A stretch of DNA of 32,000 bases, from the NCBI RefSeq assembly GCF_007748075.1, contig NZ_CP036280.1:1950001-1982000 (forward strand), written 5' to 3'. Of this stretch, positions 31,161 to 32,000 are shown one piece after another. Every line of letters begins with the position of its first letter. Positions within the stretch are counted from its first letter, which is position 1. The stretch is from Mucisphaera calidilacus. GTDB lineage: Bacteria; Planctomycetota; Phycisphaerae; Phycisphaerales; Phycisphaeraceae. Both the position numbers and the translations under genes were made by a program. Under the pieces are notes generated by a model. That model was given only the letters and a program-made list of their open reading frames with translations, did no database searches and had not been told where the DNA came from.

Positions 31161-32000
31161 ATGGCACGTCCCGTCACCCTCTTCACCGGCCAGTGGGCCG
31201 ACCTGCCCTTCGAAACCATGTGCGAGAAGGCGTCGGAGTTCGGCTACGACGGCCTGGAACTCGCCTGCTGGGGCGACCACTTCGACGTCGTGCAGGCAGC
31301 GGCGAGCGACGAGTACTGCAAGGGCCGCTGGGAGGTCCTCGGCAGGCACGACCTGACGGCCTTCGCGGTCTCGAACCACCTCGTCGGCCAGGCGGTCTGC
31401 GATCACTGCGACGATCGGCACAAGGCGATCCTCCCCGAGGAGGTCTGGGGCGACGGCGAGGTCGAGGGTGTGCGTCAGCGAGCCGCCGAGCGGATGATCC
31501 TGACGGCGCAGGCCTGCCGGCGTTTCATCGACAACAAGCCGGGCGGCGCGGGGTCGTTCCCGGCGGTGGTGAACGGGTTCACGGGCTCGAGCATCTGGCA
31601 CGCGACCTACGCCTGGCCGCCCACGGATCAGGCCTACTGGGACAAGGGCTTCAAGGACTTTGGCGACCGCTGGACGCCGATCCTCGACGCCTACGAGAAG
31701 GCCGACGTCAACTTCGCGCTGGAGGTGCACCCGACGGAGATCGCGTTCGACATCGCCTCCGCGGAGCGGGCGATCGAGGCGGTCAAGGGTCACAAGCGTT
31801 TCGGGTTCAACTACGACCCTTCGCACCTTGGCTACCAGAGCGTGAACTACGTGCGTTTCATCCGCGACTTCGCCGACCGCATCTACCATGTGCACATGAA
31901 GGACGCGTGGTGGGGCCACGGCGACGGCACGGTCGGTGTCTTCGGCGGGCACACCAGCTTTGCCGACCCGCGCCGCTTCTGGGACTTCCGCTCGCTCGGG
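31161..32000 (+). CDS. Xylose-isomerase-like TIM-barrel protein (sugar phosphate isomerase/epimerase family); 3' partial
   Basis: Not in the ORF track because it has no stop before the window end. The ATG at 31161 is preceded by GGAG. My translation is [43 protein letters not shown]...[13 protein letters not shown]...[12 protein letters not shown]...[11 protein letters not shown], typical of this family. It is in frame for exactly 280 codons to nt 32000. Confidence 0.75.
   Translation, partial: MARPVTLFTGQWADLPFETMCEKASEFGYDGLELACWGDHFDVVQAAASDEYCKGRWEVLGRHDLTAFAVSNHLVGQAVCDHCDDRHKAILPEEVWGDGEVEGVRQRAAERMILTAQACRRFIDNKPGGAGSFPAVVNGFTGSSIWHATYAWPPTDQAYWDKGFKDFGDRWTPILDAYEKADVNFALEVHPTEIAFDIASAERAIEAVKGHKRFGFNYDPSHLGYQSVNYVRFIRDFADRIYHVHMKDAWWGHGDGTVGVFGGHTSFADPRRFWDFRSLG

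Overview
Very G+C-rich bacterial chromosome segment; third codon positions are almost all G/C, so every real gene is shadowed by long spurious Arg/Pro/Ser-rich ORFs in other frames. I ran no homology search. All calls rest on reading motifs in the supplied translations and on structures I traced in the DNA. Lineage hallmarks point to Planctomycetota, possibly Phycisphaerae-like (inference): three PEP-CTERM proteins, dockerin-like Ca-binding repeats, a prepilin-type H-X9-DG protein, and a giant secreted protein with an N-terminal LEPLEPRLMLAA motif. I support 25 protein genes, two of them cut by the window edges, and one tRNA-His. In order they are: a metallophosphoesterase/PQQ-propeller protein (5' partial); two tandem lamin-tail-domain PEP-CTERM paralogs; an AraC-PhyH dioxygenase pair; a tightly coupled minus-strand operon of a voltage-gated cation channel plus astA-astD-astB; a 1243-aa G8/beta-helix/PKD/PA14 protein; an orphan mlaE behind tRNA-His; a small metzincin with dockerin repeats and PEP-CTERM; two small lipoproteins; a YfgM-like TPR protein and rluD; an H-X9-DG pseudopilin; PduO-type adenosyltransferase; lon with a Lys-rich N-extension; hsp20; folE2; hflKC; an MFS-PlsC fusion; and a TIM-barrel sugar isomerase (3' partial). 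I saw no CRISPR array, IS element, integrase, or recognisable defence or toxin module. The most unusual signal is the BacNav-type channel with a native TLEDWTD filter. It sits where astC would be and overlaps astA by ATGA, which suggests a functional link between ion flux and ammonia-releasing arginine catabolism. Secondary signals are the LTD/dockerin/PEP-CTERM surface-protein modules and the non-canonical N-terminal motif on the giant protein.
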